Of a stretch of 64,000 bases of DNA, positions 8,457-20,058 are shown in pieces. The notes beneath the pieces were generated by a model. It did not search any database. It had not been told where the DNA came from and was given only the letters and a program-made list of their open reading frames with translations. Position 1 is the stretch's first letter. Each line of letters begins with the position of its first letter. Origin of the DNA: Candidatus Magasanikbacteria bacterium GW2011_GWA2_56_11 (lineage in GTDB: Bacteria > Patescibacteriota > Patescibacteriia > Magasanikbacterales > UBA922); NCBI GenBank assembly GCA_001004885.1, contig LCRX01000009.1, positions 1,459-65,458 of the forward strand, read 5' to 3'. The position numbers and the translations under genes were made by a program.

Positions 8457-8755
8457 GAGCCCAGTTGCTCGTCTCTCGACGAGAGAGACCAAAGAACGGA
8501 GTAATCTCCGGTTAACCCGGAGGTGAAGCAAATCACGGCTGATTTGAACGTTCGGTACCCGCACGCTCTGGTGCGGGAAAGCCTTGGCGCGCCAAAGAAA
8601 AGCGCTGCCCTGGCTTGCCCGCTATCCCCAAAGGTAACGGGATCCGAACCTAGCCCCCTGGCTGGGATTTTTATTCCCCAACCGGATGGCCGGAGACGCG
8701 GCCGGGGAATAATAAAATTGCGATCAATATAATTTGTTAACAGTAAGCAACCGTT

Positions 8756-9175
8756 ATGCCGACCATGAATCAAATTTTGCGCCAAGGCCGGGAGAAAGCC
8801 CGCCGCAAGTCCAAGGCGCCGGCGCTTCAGAGTACTTACGACAGTCTCCACCGCAAGCGCACCGAGCTTACCAAGGGAAGTCCGTTCAAGCGGGGCGTGT
8901 GCACCAAGGTGTACACCACGACCCCTAAAAAACCGAACTCGGCGCTGCGCAAAGTGGCCAAGGTTCGCTTGTCGAACGGCATGGAAGTTATTGCCTACAT
9001 CCCGGGCGAGGGCCACAATTTGCAGGAGCACTCTATCGTGCTGATCCGCGGCGGACGCGTAAAAGACCTGCCGGGTGTCCGGTACCATATCGTGCGCGGC
9101 GTTTACGATACTCAGGGCGTGAGCAATCGCCGTCGCGGCCGTTCTCTGTACGGCGGCAAGCGGCCGAAGAAGTAA
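8756..9175 (+). CDS. rpsL: 30S ribosomal protein S12
   Basis: [24 protein letters not shown]. Confidence 0.99.
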   Translation: MPTMNQILRQGREKARRKSKAPALQSTYDSLHRKRTELTKGSPFKRGVCTKVYTTTPKKPNSALRKVAKVRLSNGMEVIAYIPGEGHNLQEHSIVLIRGGRVKDLPGVRYHIVRGVYDTQGVSNRRRGRSLYGGKRPKK

Positions 9176-9255
9176 CCTCCGCTACCCCAGCGCTGTCTTT
9201 TTGAAGAGCGCCGGGCGAGGGCCACATCATTTACCAATAATTTAACTACGAGCGT

Positions 9256-9735
9256 ATGTCCCGTGGAAAGTCAGTCGTCAAGCGCGTCGTCGCACCGGAT
9301 CACAAATACAAGAGCGTCCTAGTGGCGAAGTTTGTCAATTTTATCATGAAAAGCGGCAAAAAAAGCACGGCCGAGCACATTGTGTACGAGGCGCTCGAGG
9401 CGCTGGCCAAAAAACGCAATGAACCGCCGTTGCCGATATTTGAGCGTGTTATCGACACTATCCGTCCGCAAGTGGAAGTTCGTTCCCGGCGGGTCGGCGG
9501 CGCCAACTACCAGGTGCCAATGCCGGTGTCGGGCGACCGCCAAAACGCTTTGGCTTTCCGCTGGCTGACCGCCGCGGCCAAGGCGCGCAAAGGCCATTCG
9601 ATGGCCGAGAAATTACTCGGGGAATTTGTCGATGTTCTCGACGGCACGGGTGGCGCCATGAAGAAAAAAGAAGACGTGCACCGCATGGCCGAAGCCAACA
9701 AGGCGTTTGCGCACTTTGCGCGCTTTAACCGGTAA
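9256..9735 (+). CDS. rpsG: 30S ribosomal protein S7
   Basis: [27 protein letters not shown]. Confidence 0.99.
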   Translation: MSRGKSVVKRVVAPDHKYKSVLVAKFVNFIMKSGKKSTAEHIVYEALEALAKKRNEPPLPIFERVIDTIRPQVEVRSRRVGGANYQVPMPVSGDRQNALAFRWLTAAAKARKGHSMAEKLLGEFVDVLDGTGGAMKKKEDVHRMAEANKAFAHFARFNR

Positions 9736-9754
9736 TCAATGTCCTTTTACCCCT

Positions 9755-11830
9755 ATGCCTCGTGAATATTCACTGGAAAAAACCCGTAACATCGGCATCA
9801 TGGCCCATATTGACGCCGGCAAAACTACCACGACCGAGCGCGTTTTGTTTTACACCGGCCGCAAGCATAAAATCGGCGAGGTGCACGAGGGCGCGGCCGA
9901 GATGGACTGGATGGAGCAGGAGAAGGAACGCGGCATCACTATTACGAGCGCCGCGACTACTTGTTTTTGGAAAGACAACCGGATTAATATTATTGACACC
10001 CCGGGCCATGTAGATTTTACGGTCGAGGTGGAGCGGTCGCTGCGCGTCCTCGATGGCGCAGTGGCTTTGTTTGACGGTTCCCAGGGCGTGGAGCCGCAGT
10101 CCGAAACCGTCTGGCGCCAGGCCGACAAGTATCGGGTGCCGCGGCTGTGTTTTGTCAACAAGATGGACAAGATGGGCGCGGATTTTTACATGAGCCTGCA
10201 GTCCATCAAGGACCGGCTGTCGCGCAAAGCGGTGGCCATCCAGATTCCGATCGGCGCCGAGTCGTCTTTTTCGGCCATTATCGATCTCATTGAACAGAAG
10301 GCTTACCACTTCGAAGGCGACCACGGCATGAAAATTTCCGCTTTCGATATCCCCGAGGAGATGAAGGACGCGGTGAAGAAATACCGGGCGGAACTCATGG
10401 AAAAAGTCGCCGAGGCAAACGACGAACTGATGAACAAATATCTAAACGGCGGCGAATTTTCGGTAGAGGAGATCCGGGGCGCTATCCGCGCTCTGGTCTT
10501 GAGAGACGAGATCTACCCAGTAATGTGCGGTTCGGCGCTCGGCAACATGGGCGTGCAGCTCATGCTCGACGCGGTTACCTACTACCTGCCGGCGCCGACA
10601 GATTTGCCGGCCGTAATCGGCACCGACCCGGCCGACGAAGAAAAAAAGATTGAGGTGAACGCCAACGATGACGAGCCGTTTGTCGGGCTGGCTTTCAAAA
10701 TCGCCACCGACCCGTTTGTCGGCAAGCTGGCATTTTTCCGCGTTTATTCGGGCAAGCTGGTGGCCGGCTCTTACGTAATCAATGCCCGCACCGGGCAGAA
10801 GGAGCGCATCGGCCGCATTGTCCGCATGCACGCCAACCATCGCGAAGACGTGAGTGAAGTTTATTCCGGCGAGATAGCGGCCGCGATTGGCCTTAAAAAT
10901 ACCATCACCGGAGACACCATTAGCGATGAGAACCGGTCCGTTCTTTTGGAGAGCATTACTTTTCCCGAACCGGTTATCCATATCGCCATCGAACCCAAGA
11001 CCAAGGCCGACCAGGAGAAAATGGGCATTGCGCTGCAGAAACTGGCCGAAGAAGACCCGACATTCCGTATCCACACGGACGAGGAGACATTGCAAACCAT
11101 TATTTCCGGCATGGGCGAACTTCACCTGGAAATTATCGTGGACCGGATGAAGCGCGAGTTCGGAGTGCTCGCCAACGTGGGCGCGCCGCAGGTGGCCTTT
11201 AAAGAGACCATCCGCCAGAGCGCCGAGGCCGAAGGGAAATACATCAAGCAATCGGGCGGTCGAGGCCAGTACGGCCACTGCTGGCTCAGGCTCGAACCGA
11301 TGGAAGCCGGCCAGGGATTTGAGTTCGTGGATGAGATCAAGGGCGGGCTTATTCCGCGCGAATATATACCCGCCATTCAAAAGGGCGTCAAAGAGGCAAA
11401 AGACAAGGGTGTGGTGGCCGGCTATCCGCTGGTTGACATCAAGGCCACTGTCTTCGACGGCAGCTATCACGAGGTCGACTCTTCGGAAATCGCCTTTAAA
11501 ATGGCCGGGAGCCTGGCTTTTCAGGAAGCGGTAAAAAAGGCTTCGCCGGTAATTCTTGAGCCTATTATGGAGGTGGAGGTAACCACTCCGGAGGAATACA
11601 TGGGAGACATTATCGGAGACCTGAGCGCCAAACGCGGCCAAATCCAAGAGATGACCGAGCGCGGCCAGTCCAAGGTGGTGCGGGCCATGGTTCCCCTGGC
11701 CAGCATGTTCGGCTACGCCACTTCTTTGCGCTCCATGTCGCAGGGCCGGGCCAGTTACGCCATGGAGTTCCACCACTACGCGGAGTGCCCGAAAAACATT
11801 GAAGCTGAAATCGTGGCGGGGAGAAAGTAA
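9755..11830 (+). CDS. fusA: elongation factor G
   Basis: [34 protein letters not shown]; ATG 9755. Confidence 0.99.
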   Translation: MPREYSLEKTRNIGIMAHIDAGKTTTTERVLFYTGRKHKIGEVHEGAAEMDWMEQEKERGITITSAATTCFWKDNRINIIDTPGHVDFTVEVERSLRVLDGAVALFDGSQGVEPQSETVWRQADKYRVPRLCFVNKMDKMGADFYMSLQSIKDRLSRKAVAIQIPIGAESSFSAIIDLIEQKAYHFEGDHGMKISAFDIPEEMKDAVKKYRAELMEKVAEANDELMNKYLNGGEFSVEEIRGAIRALVLRDEIYPVMCGSALGNMGVQLMLDAVTYYLPAPTDLPAVIGTDPADEEKKIEVNANDDEPFVGLAFKIATDPFVGKLAFFRVYSGKLVAGSYVINARTGQKERIGRIVRMHANHREDVSEVYSGEIAAAIGLKNTITGDTISDENRSVLLESITFPEPVIHIAIEPKTKADQEKMGIALQKLAEEDPTFRIHTDEETLQTIISGMGELHLEIIVDRMKREFGVLANVGAPQVAFKETIRQSAEAEGKYIKQSGGRGQYGHCWLRLEPMEAGQGFEFVDEIKGGLIPREYIPAIQKGVKEAKDKGVVAGYPLVDIKATVFDGSYHEVDSSEIAFKMAGSLAFQEAVKKASPVILEPIMEVEVTTPEEYMGDIIGDLSAKRGQIQEMTERGQSKVVRAMVPLASMFGYATSLRSMSQGRASYAMEFHHYAECPKNIEAEIVAGRK

Positions 11831-11848
11831 CCGCCCGCGAATTAACTA

Positions 11849-12005
11849 GAACCCATCTCAAAAATAATTCCGGCTCAATTTTGGCCTGTTTCGGCTGCAA
11901 ATTGTCCGGTTCTCGTCGCCATAGTACCACTATGCCTCCTCAACCCGGACAATTTTCGCTCGAAGCAGGCCAAAATTGTCTCGGAATTATTTTTGAGATG
12001 GGTTC
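11849..12005. mobile_element. repeat family B copy (opposite orientation to 5043)
   Basis: TA-GAACCCATCTCAAAAATAA...TTATTTTTGAGATGGGTTC-TA. Confidence 0.85.
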
Positions 12006-12244
12006 TAATAAACGACTCCTTGCCCGGGGTCGTTTATTTGTTAATCGCGCGTTTTTGTCCTGTTTACGCGAAAGCGGGTTATCCACATATCTCTTGGAAG
12101 TGCAGGTTTTTTAATGCCCAGCTTTATTGTATACTAAACAATATTTAATTAATGCCGTTTAGGCATAATTACTTATCCTACTGAACCCGCGGGAAGCAGT
12201 TAATTTTTCCTTGGGGGACGCTTTAGGGTAAGTGTATAGGACTT

Positions 12245-13930
12245 ATGCACGATTTCAAGAAAATCGGCAAAAAGTTCGCCACCCTTACCGTTGTCGGCGC
12301 GACAATGGCGTGGAGTGTCGGACTTTCCGCGCTCGTTCCGTCGGGCGTGTCGGCCGCCACTTGCCCCGAGCTCAAGGCCGGGGAGCGTTTTAAAGTGAAA
12401 GGAAACGCGGCTGTCTATCTCCTGAACGCGGAGATGCAGCGCATGTACTTCCCGAATTCGGAAGTTTACTTCACTTGGTACAACGATTTTTCGGGCGTTA
12501 CCGAAATTGACCCGTCGTGCACCGACGCGTATCCCAGCGGCGGCGGCGTTAACTACCGTCCCGGTTCCCGGCTGGTTAAAACCCCGATCTCCCCGAGCGT
12601 CTTCGTGATCGGCGTCAACAACACCAAGCACAAGCTGGAGAGCGAAGATGTGGCCAAGGCTCTGTTCGGCGCCAACTGGGCCAAGCTGGTGCGCGACCTG
12701 GCTGATGCTTTTGACGCCAACTACAAAGTCGGGCCGGCCATTACCCAGGTCAAACTCGTGGATGGCATGCTCGTTCGCAAGGCCGGCAGCTCCGAAGTGT
12801 ACTTTGTGGCGGGCGGTAAACTGAAGCTCGTCAAAGGCACCCTGCCGAAGTCTTCAAAGAATGACGTCCGCAACGTCTCGGACGAGGTGTTGGCGACGGC
12901 TGAACTCGCTTCCGACGAGGCGGCCCCGGTCGCTCTCACCAGCGATCCCACCCAGCGGGGAGGGATAGAGGTGGATACGACGGTGAGTGAAGAGCTCGAT
13001 CCGAAAGCCGGCGGTTCCGAGAATGACAGCCCGGCGGCTAACCCTGACGCGGTCGAAGCCGACCTGAAAGAGGAAGCCTCGAAGACCGACAGCTCCACGG
13101 ACACCAAGACTACCACTGACACCAAAACCACCGACACCACTACCGAGACCAAAACTACCGAGACCACACCGGCCGGCACTGGTGCCTACCGCTTTAAGGC
13201 CGGCACCGGGACCGATGCCGACGGCTGGGTCGACTGGACCAAGGTTAAAGCCTCGGACTTCTCCGGCGTCTCCGGCCTGACGGTCCAGTTGCTGCCGGAC
13301 AACGCGGTGGACTTCTCCAAAGGCCATAAGGAGAGCTTATTTGGGAGTGGCAGCTATTCATGGGAATTCCTGGAGCCCCGCACCGAGAGAAAGTACGATG
13401 TTTATAACGGCCATTACGTCATGGTCATTGACGGCAAGGCGGACACCGGCAGCTTTTACGACGACGTCGGCATCGCGGCCGAGGAGTTGGTCAGCAACCA
13501 GGGCCAGCCGACGCTCAACATCAAACGGGTAGATCTCGGGGTGGACGACGAGACCAAGTACACGGCGCGCCAGTACGCCGAAGAGTGGTACACATCCATC
13601 AAGAACGCGCTCTTGGACCTGGCCAAGAAACAGCCCCCGACAAATTGCGAGCTGACTGACGCGGCTTACGACACCAAGACTTACGGCGCGAACGAATTCG
13701 TGCTTGTAAGCTGGATTCAGGTGTGCAAGGTGAGCGGCTCGGACGGTTCGCCGTGGAAGGTGCCGGCCTACGCTTTTGCCAAAAGCAAGAGTACCGGTAA
13801 AATCCTCGCGGTCTATTTCCTCAACAGCAATCTAGACGCCCGCAAAGGCGGCACCAACGATCTTGATCCGGCCAAGGAAATCAGCAGCAAGTTTGTTGAA
13901 CAATTCCTAAGCAAGATTAAGTTCGAGTAA
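12245..13930 (+). CDS. secreted/surface protein with CPR-type N-terminal domain and Thr-rich linker
   Basis: Signal peptide; AVYLL..RMYFPNSEVYFTWY..F, YRPGSRLVK and FGANW motifs; TDTKTTT linker; terminator 13945-13975. Confidence 0.8.
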   Translation: MHDFKKIGKKFATLTVVGATMAWSVGLSALVPSGVSAATCPELKAGERFKVKGNAAVYLLNAEMQRMYFPNSEVYFTWYNDFSGVTEIDPSCTDAYPSGGGVNYRPGSRLVKTPISPSVFVIGVNNTKHKLESEDVAKALFGANWAKLVRDLADAFDANYKVGPAITQVKLVDGMLVRKAGSSEVYFVAGGKLKLVKGTLPKSSKNDVRNVSDEVLATAELASDEAAPVALTSDPTQRGGIEVDTTVSEELDPKAGGSENDSPAANPDAVEADLKEEASKTDSSTDTKTTTDTKTTDTTTETKTTETTPAGTGAYRFKAGTGTDADGWVDWTKVKASDFSGVSGLTVQLLPDNAVDFSKGHKESLFGSGSYSWEFLEPRTERKYDVYNGHYVMVIDGKADTGSFYDDVGIAAEELVSNQGQPTLNIKRVDLGVDDETKYTARQYAEEWYTSIKNALLDLAKKQPPTNCELTDAAYDTKTYGANEFVLVSWIQVCKVSGSDGSPWKVPAYAFAKSKSTGKILAVYFLNSNLDARKGGTNDLDPAKEISSKFVEQFLSKIKFE

Positions 13931-14081
13931 ACCGTTGAATCCAAAAAGAACCCCGGCCATACCGGGGTTCTTTGTTATTCAGGTGGAGTGCCGGCAAAGC
14001 AGAGGAGTTGGCTCCGGGGCGCGGCGCGTCATTGATTTTTCTTCTCTCGATTGGTATAGTCTAGGCAATCAAAAACAGCGT

Positions 14082-14810
14082 ATGAAATTCAACGTCATCA
14101 CTATTTTTCCCGGCATCATAACCGGCTATGCTTCAGAAAGTATTTTGGGCCGCGCCCAAAAGGCGGGGATTATGGCTGTCCGGGCCGTTAACCTGCGTGA
14201 TTTTACTACCGATCGCCACCAAACTGTCGACGACACCCCTTGCGGGGGCGGGGCGGGAATGGTAATGAAGCCTGAACCGATTTACGCGGCCTTGAAGAGC
14301 CTGGGCGCGATTCCGTTCCGGAAAGATGACGGACTGGCCAAGATCAAAAAGATCATGACCGGGGATATCGCCAAAAAGAAGCGCACGGTCCTTCTTTCGC
14401 CGCGAGGGCGGCAATTTGATCAGCGTACAGCCGAGCAGTGGAGCAAGCTTTCGGAATTGACCCTTATGTGCGGCCGTTACGAAGGTGTGGACGAACGGGT
14501 GGCCGAACGCATGGTGGACGAAGAGATTTCCATCGGCCCTTACGTGCTCGCCGGCGGCGAACTTGGAGCTTTGGTGATAATAGAAGCGGTGGCGCGGTTG
14601 TTGCCAGGGGTTTTGGGGAATCCAGAGTCGCTGATGGAAGAAACGCACGGCCGGACTCCGGAGGCGGGGGAGATGACCGGAGAAGAAGCGCGCGGCGAAT
14701 ACCCCCAGTACACCAAACCGGCGGAGTTTAAGGGTTGGAAAGTGCCAGACGTCCTGCTGTCGGGCGATCACAAGCGCATCGCCGAGTGGCGGCGTAAAAA
14801 TCGCCGGTAA
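14082..14810 (+). CDS. trmD: tRNA (guanine37-N1)-methyltransferase
   Basis: VDDTPCGGGAGMVM, CGRYEGVDERV, SIGPYVLAGGE, YPQYTKP. Confidence 0.97.
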   Translation: MKFNVITIFPGIITGYASESILGRAQKAGIMAVRAVNLRDFTTDRHQTVDDTPCGGGAGMVMKPEPIYAALKSLGAIPFRKDDGLAKIKKIMTGDIAKKKRTVLLSPRGRQFDQRTAEQWSKLSELTLMCGRYEGVDERVAERMVDEEISIGPYVLAGGELGALVIIEAVARLLPGVLGNPESLMEETHGRTPEAGEMTGEEARGEYPQYTKPAEFKGWKVPDVLLSGDHKRIAEWRRKNRR

Positions 14811-14962
14811 CCAGCCTGCGCATAACAAATCCTTACCCGGCCCCGGCCGGGTATTTTTTATTGGCAAAGGCTGTCAAAGGGTTTTGCCTGTGTCAGGTAT
14901 GGACTAAACGGATAAAATATAGTGGCTGAGCTTATCCACAGTTTTTGTGCCGGGAGCTGGGC

Positions 14963-14990
14963 TTGACAAGGTTTTTGGGTATGATACAAT
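14963..14990 (+). promoter_or_regulatory. 16S rRNA promoter
   Basis: TTGACA-16-TACAAT; DnaA box at 14932-14940; boxA-like GATCTTTACAA at ~15138. Confidence 0.7.
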
Positions 14991-15642
14991 GTCCAAGCCT
15001 AAAGAAATTCCCTACAACTGAAGATTTTCCCAAGTCTTAACCGACCGCTCCGGCTGGGCCGGGGCCGGGTAAAGAAACTAGGAAGAGAGAAGAGCAACCC
15101 GATTAGTAGGTTTCTCTTTTTTCTTTTGGGGGAGTGCGATCTTTACAATTTATAACAAGCAAACAACGGTAAAACCGGCACCAAATGGTGCTGGAGGTTC
15201 ACATTATAAACGTGACAAGAACCAATTCCAACGCAAGTTGGAGATCGTCTATTCTAGTATAGGAATCAACCTCCTCTGGAGCTAGTCTCCAGGGAGTTTC
15301 TCATTGTCCTTCGGGACTTTATTGAGAGTTTGATCCTGGCTCAGGACGAACGTTGGCGGCGTGTTTAAGGCATGCAAGTCGAGGGATCGGCCGTAGCAAT
15401 ACGGTACGGACCGGCAGACGGGAGAGGAACACATTGGCAACCTACCTTCGAGACGGGGATAGCCCCGGGAAACCGGGATTAATACCCGATGGTCATGGGG
15501 GGACATAAGTCATTCCCATGTAAATCATTTCTGGCTCGAAGAGGGGCCTATGCCCTATCAGCTAGTTGGTGAGGTAATAGCTCACCAAGGCTACGACGGG
15601 TAGGGGACGTGAGAGCGTGACCCCCCTCACTGGGACTGAGAA

Positions 15643-15673
<31 letters not shown>

Positions 15674-15807
15674 AAGAATCTTCCGCAATGGACGAAAGTC
15701 TGACGGAGCGACGCCGCGTGCAGGATGAAGCCCCTCGGGGTGTAAACTGCTTTTATAGGGGACGAATTTGTGACGGTACCCTATGAATAAGAGGTTGCTA
15801 ACTCTGT

Positions 15808-16673
15808 AAGCCCAAACCGGGCCTGGTGCAGAGTGATTGTGGTAACACAGTCAAAGAAAATCTCGCTATATGCTGGAAACTTCTGTTAATGGCACACTAC
15901 CTAAAAACGGTGACAATGTGTGTCAAACCCAAAAAAACGTACTACCGCACGTATAGGGGTTGCAGAACAATCAGCAGGAAACCGCAAACTACAACCGGTT
16001 TGCGGGCTCCTCAGAGACTACACGCGAGACTCCCGAGTTAGTCGGGATGATGATATAGTCCAACGAGCTCTTCATATGAAGGCAGAAGTGAAAGAAATAG
16101 TAACCGCCTCGCTTTTAGGTGATGGTTGGTTGACGGAATTGAAGCCGAGAACAGGAACCGCTATGTACTATGTGAAATATCATGGTCGTAGCCGGGATTA
16201 TCTGCAATGGCTTCACGGACAAGTTCGCGAACTTGGTCCTTCTGAACTGAAGGAAGTCGCGCGCTATGGTCAATATTATTTCTACACGAAAGCCCGAACA
16301 GACATCGGCGAACTAAGAAAACTTTTTTACCCAAACGAGGGAAGAAAAGTGATTCCGCGAAATATCCGCGAACTGCTATCTACGCCCAAAGCCTTGGCCA
16401 TTTGGTACCAAGACGATGGAACATTAGATAAACGGTCGCGTGATCATTGGAATGCAATGTTCGCTACGTATTGTTTTGGTTATGAAGAGTGCGAGCTGCT
16501 TGCGAAAACACTGAAAGATAACTTCGACCTGGCTGTATCGGTTTGCCGATGCCAGATGCGGGGTAAAATGTATTATCGGCTTTATGTGCGATCCCAAAGT
16601 ATGAATAACTTCATACGACTCGTACAGCCGCATATACACCCATCATTCAGTTACAAAATTTCGCTTAACAATG
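15808..16673 (+). mobile_element. group I intron in 16S at E. coli position ~516
   Basis: Splits AACTCTGT|GCCAGCAG; 5' exon ends in U, intron ends in G; P1 ACTCTGT/GCAGAGT; core AATCAGCAGG, TCAGAGACTAC and GATATAGTCC. Confidence 0.92.
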
Positions 16674-16690
16674 GCCAGCAGCAGCGGTAA
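16076..16690 (+). CDS. LAGLIDADG homing endonuclease (double motif), intron-encoded
   Basis: ASLLGDG and LAIWYQDDG motifs; stop codon falls in the 3' exon. Confidence 0.9.
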   Translation: MKAEVKEIVTASLLGDGWLTELKPRTGTAMYYVKYHGRSRDYLQWLHGQVRELGPSELKEVARYGQYYFYTKARTDIGELRKLFYPNEGRKVIPRNIRELLSTPKALAIWYQDDGTLDKRSRDHWNAMFATYCFGYEECELLAKTLKDNFDLAVSVCRCQMRGKMYYRLYVRSQSMNNFIRLVQPHIHPSFSYKISLNNGQQQR

Positions 16691-17637
16691 TACAGAGACC
16701 TCAAACGTTGTCCGGATTCATTGGGCGTAAAGCGTCCGCAGGTGGCATGGAAAGTCAGGGGTCAAAGCTTCCGACTTAATCGGAAATCTGCTTCTGATAC
16801 TTCCAAGCTAGAGGTTGTGAGAGGCACACGGAACTGCCGGTGTAGTAGTAAAATGCGTTGATATCGGCAGGAACACCAAAGGCGAAGGCAGTGTGCTGGA
16901 ACAATCCTGACACTCAGGGACGAAAGCGTGGGGAGCGAATGGGATTAGATACCCCAGTAGTCCACGCCCTAAACTATGTGTACTAGGTATATGGAGTATC
17001 GACCCTCCATGTGCCGTTTAAAAAAGCTAACGCGTTAAGTACACCGCCTGGGGAGTACGGCCGCAAGGTTAAAACTCAAAGGAATAGACGGGGACCCGCA
17101 CAAGCGGAGGATCATGCGGCCCTTAAGTGGGGTAACGAGCGCAACCCTCGTTGTGTGTTACATTGGACACACGAGACTGCTCGCGCAAGCGAGAGGAAGG
17201 TGGGGACGACGTCAAATCAGCATGGCTCTTACGTCCCGGGCGACACGCATGATACAATGGCCAGTACAAAGGGTTGCCAAGCCGCGAGGTGGAGCTAATC
17301 CCATAAAGCTGGTCTCAGTTCGGATTGCAGGCTGCAACTCGCCTGCATGAAGCTGGATTCGCTAGTAAACGCGCATCAGCCACGGCGCGTTGAATACGTT
17401 CTCGGGTCTTGTACTCACCGCCCGTCACACCACGAAAGTTGGCAATGCCCGAAGGCTCTCGTTCGAGGGACGAAGGCAGGGTCAATGATCAGGGTGAAGT
17501 CGTAACAAGGCATCCGTAGCGGAAGCTGTGGATGGATCACCTCCTTTCTGGAGTTACTCTCGGGAAACCGAGTGAAACTACTAACGAGTACAAAAAGAGT
17601 AGATGATCGGTTTCTTGTCACGTTTATCGTGTGAATT

Positions 17638-17666
17638 AAAAACAGCCCTGTGGAGGGCTGTTTTTT
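17638..17666 (+). terminator. terminator after 16S
   Basis: AAAAACAGCCCT-gtgg-AGGGCTGTTTTTT. Confidence 0.8.
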
Positions 17667-17728
17667 GCGCCTTGACGGCCCCGGTTTCTACCCCTATAAT
17701 CCCCACGTAAAATTAACACCTTATACTT

Positions 17729-18247
17729 ATGACCAAGCGTTTCGACCGCCTGTTGTCCCTGGCCCAGAAAACCGGCAATCCGCTTATTGTCCACGATCGA
17801 TCCGAAAAGCGTGACATGGTGGTCTTGAGTGTCGACGAATACGAGATGATGCTCGACACGCAGGAGTTTGCCGGCGAGGAGCCGCTCCGGGATGTCCGGG
17901 AGTTGTCCGAGGGCGAGATGCTCGATAAGATAAACCGCGATATCGCTATCTGGCGTTCGGCGCAGGAACTAGACGGGGCAGAAGACAGGGGCGAGATGCT
18001 CGCGGAGGAATGGCGCCAGAGTGCGGTCGAAGCGACAGCCAATCGCGGCCGGCATCAGGCAGGCGAGGTGATCAGGAAAACTTATCCGGCAGAGAGTCCG
18101 GACGCCGCTATCCGCTATGAGCCTGCCGGCGAGGAATCGTTGACCGGCCCCCAGCCCATTCCCGAGGCGGCCGCCGAATCGGCGGCTATCGGAGGCGGGG
18201 AGCCGCTCGAAGGCGACCCGATATTCTTTGAGGAACCGGTGGAATAG
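17729..18247 (+). CDS. hypothetical protein; N-terminus weakly Phd/YefM-like
   Basis: Own promoter TTGACG-17-TATAAT (17672-17700); PLIVHD...VVLSVDEYE; acidic tail FFEEPVE. Confidence 0.7.
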   Translation: MTKRFDRLLSLAQKTGNPLIVHDRSEKRDMVVLSVDEYEMMLDTQEFAGEEPLRDVRELSEGEMLDKINRDIAIWRSAQELDGAEDRGEMLAEEWRQSAVEATANRGRHQAGEVIRKTYPAESPDAAIRYEPAGEESLTGPQPIPEAAAESAAIGGGEPLEGDPIFFEEPVE

Positions 18248-18440
18248 CCCAACAATCCCCAGATTATCCCTTGACTTACCGGTGCGCTTTCGTTATAATC
18301 CTAGACGCAATCGGTTATCCACATATTTTGGCTACATTAAGCGCTGCTTATTGTAACCAATTATTTTTTTACTAACTGTTATATCGCTGGTTCACAAATC
18401 TGCTTTAGCCACCTAAAGCAGTGCGATATACGCCAACCGT

Positions 18441-19631
18441 ATGGCAGATTTTCAGAGAACCAAGCCACACGTCAACGTCGGTACCATCGGTCACGTCGAC
18501 CACGGTAAAACGACGACCACCGCGGCCATCCTTAAGGTAGCCGCCGCGCACGGCCTCAACGCCGACCTTAAAGAGGTAAACGACCTCGACAAGGCGCCGG
18601 AATCCAAAGCGCGCGGCATCACCATCGCGACCGCGCACGTCGAGTATGAGACCGAGAACCGCCACTACGCGCACGTTGACTGTCCAGGCCATGCCGACTA
18701 CGTCAAGAACATGATCACGGGCGCTGCCCAGATGGACGGCGCTATCCTCGTGGTTTCGGCTGCCGACGGTCCCATGCCCCAGACTCGCGAGCACATCCTG
18801 CTCGCCCGCCAGGTCGGCGTACCGTATATCGTCGTGTTCCTCAACAAAGTTGACCAGGTTTCCGACCCGGAGCTCATCGACCTCGTGGAAGAGGAAGTGC
18901 GCGATCTTTTGAAGAAGTACGAATTCCCCGGCGATGTTACTCCGGTGATCCGCGGTTCGGCCCTGAAGGCCCTGGAGAATCCGAACGACGAGGCCGCGGC
19001 CAAGCCGATAATGGATCTTCTGAAAACCCTGGATGAGTACATCCCGGAGCCGCAGCGCGATCTCGACAAACCGCTCCTGATGCCGATCGAAGACGTTTTC
19101 TCTATCGAGGGACGCGGCACCGTGGTTACCGGACGTATCGAGCGCGGCAAAGTGAAGATCGGCGATGAAATCGAAATCGTCGGCATGAAGCCGGAGACGA
19201 TGAAGACCACCGTTACCGGTATTGAAATGTTCAACAAGAGCCTGCAGGAAGGCATGGCCGGCGACAACGCCGGGGTCCTTCTGCGCGGCACCAAGAAGGA
19301 CGAAGTGGAGCGCGGCATGGTGCTCGCCAAAACCGGCACTATCAAGCCGCACACCGAGTTCGAGGCCAAGGTGTACGCCTTGACCAAAGAAGAAGGCGGC
19401 CGCCACAAGCCCTTCTTCAACGGTTACAAACCGCAGTTTTACATCCGCACGACCGATGTAACCGGCGAGGTAACTCTCCCCGAGGGCACCGAGATGGTGA
19501 TGCCGGGGGACACGACCAATCTCAAGGTCAAACTCATCATGCCGGTGGCTATCGAAGAACAAATGCGCTTCGCTATCCGCGAAGGCGGCCGCACTGTCGG
19601 CGCCGGCGCGGTAACCAAGATTCTTGTCTAA
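18441..19631 (+). CDS. tuf: elongation factor Tu
   Basis: [23 protein letters not shown]; promoter TTGACT-17-TATAAT at 18271-18299. Confidence 0.99.
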   Translation: MADFQRTKPHVNVGTIGHVDHGKTTTTAAILKVAAAHGLNADLKEVNDLDKAPESKARGITIATAHVEYETENRHYAHVDCPGHADYVKNMITGAAQMDGAILVVSAADGPMPQTREHILLARQVGVPYIVVFLNKVDQVSDPELIDLVEEEVRDLLKKYEFPGDVTPVIRGSALKALENPNDEAAAKPIMDLLKTLDEYIPEPQRDLDKPLLMPIEDVFSIEGRGTVVTGRIERGKVKIGDEIEIVGMKPETMKTTVTGIEMFNKSLQEGMAGDNAGVLLRGTKKDEVERGMVLAKTGTIKPHTEFEAKVYALTKEEGGRHKPFFNGYKPQFYIRTTDVTGEVTLPEGTEMVMPGDTTNLKVKLIMPVAIEEQMRFAIREGGRTVGAGAVTKILV

Positions 19632-19695
19632 TTATCGACGACCGCCCCCCGACTTGAGCCGGGGGGCGGGTTTGTTCCTTAACCGGATTTCTGGT

Positions 19696-20058
19696 ATGAC
19701 CCCGACTGATACGACAATCAAGAAGGCAGACAAAGACGACGCCGCGAACGCCGGCCCCAGGGTGCGCATCAAAATCAAGGCCTACGACCACAAAATCATT
19801 GATACGGCCACCAAGACTATTATTGACACGGCCGAGCGCAACAACGTCAAAGTTATCGGCCCGGTACCCCTGCCGACCCAGATCAGCAAATACAGCGTTA
19901 ACCGTTCGACTTTCGTGCACAAAACTGCCCAGGAGCAGTACGAAATGCGCACGCACAAGCGTTTGATTGATATTATCAGTCCGTCGCCCAAGGCGCTCGA
20001 CGCTCTTATGAACCTTAACTTGCCGAGCGGGGTGGACGTGGAAATCAAAATGATGTAG
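19696..20058 (+). CDS. rpsJ: 30S ribosomal protein S10
   Basis: RIKIKAYDH, GPVPLPT, YEMRTHKRLIDI. Confidence 0.98.
   Translation: MTPTDTTIKKADKDDAANAGPRVRIKIKAYDHKIIDTATKTIIDTAERNNVKVIGPVPLPTQISKYSVNRSTFVHKTAQEQYEMRTHKRLIDIISPSPKALDALMNLNLPSGVDVEIKMM

Noticed and set aside
10442-11776. 444-aa antisense ORF (also 18405-19562, 29778-31145, 33839-35071, 44204-45775, 54725-55798)
   Set aside because: Shadow frames opposite well-supported high-GC3 genes
13080-13175. Tandem ACC-rich repeats as a CRISPR array or VNTR
   Set aside because: In-frame Thr-rich linker codons with no repeat-spacer structure; no CRISPR array or cas gene seen in the window
15265-15283. Leader sequence AACCTCCTCTGGAG resembling the 16S 3' end CACCTCCTTTCTGGAG
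   Set aside because: Short, and explained by a local hairpin (CTCCTCTGGAG/CTCCAGGGAG); chance similarity cannot be excluded
17011-17621. ORFs inside the 16S gene, and the 15920 start for the endonuclease
   Set aside because: They overlap rRNA or the intron catalytic core; the credible endonuclease start is ATG 16076
17729-18247. Toxin-antitoxin module
   Set aside because: Only a weak Phd-like N-terminus and no adjacent toxin gene
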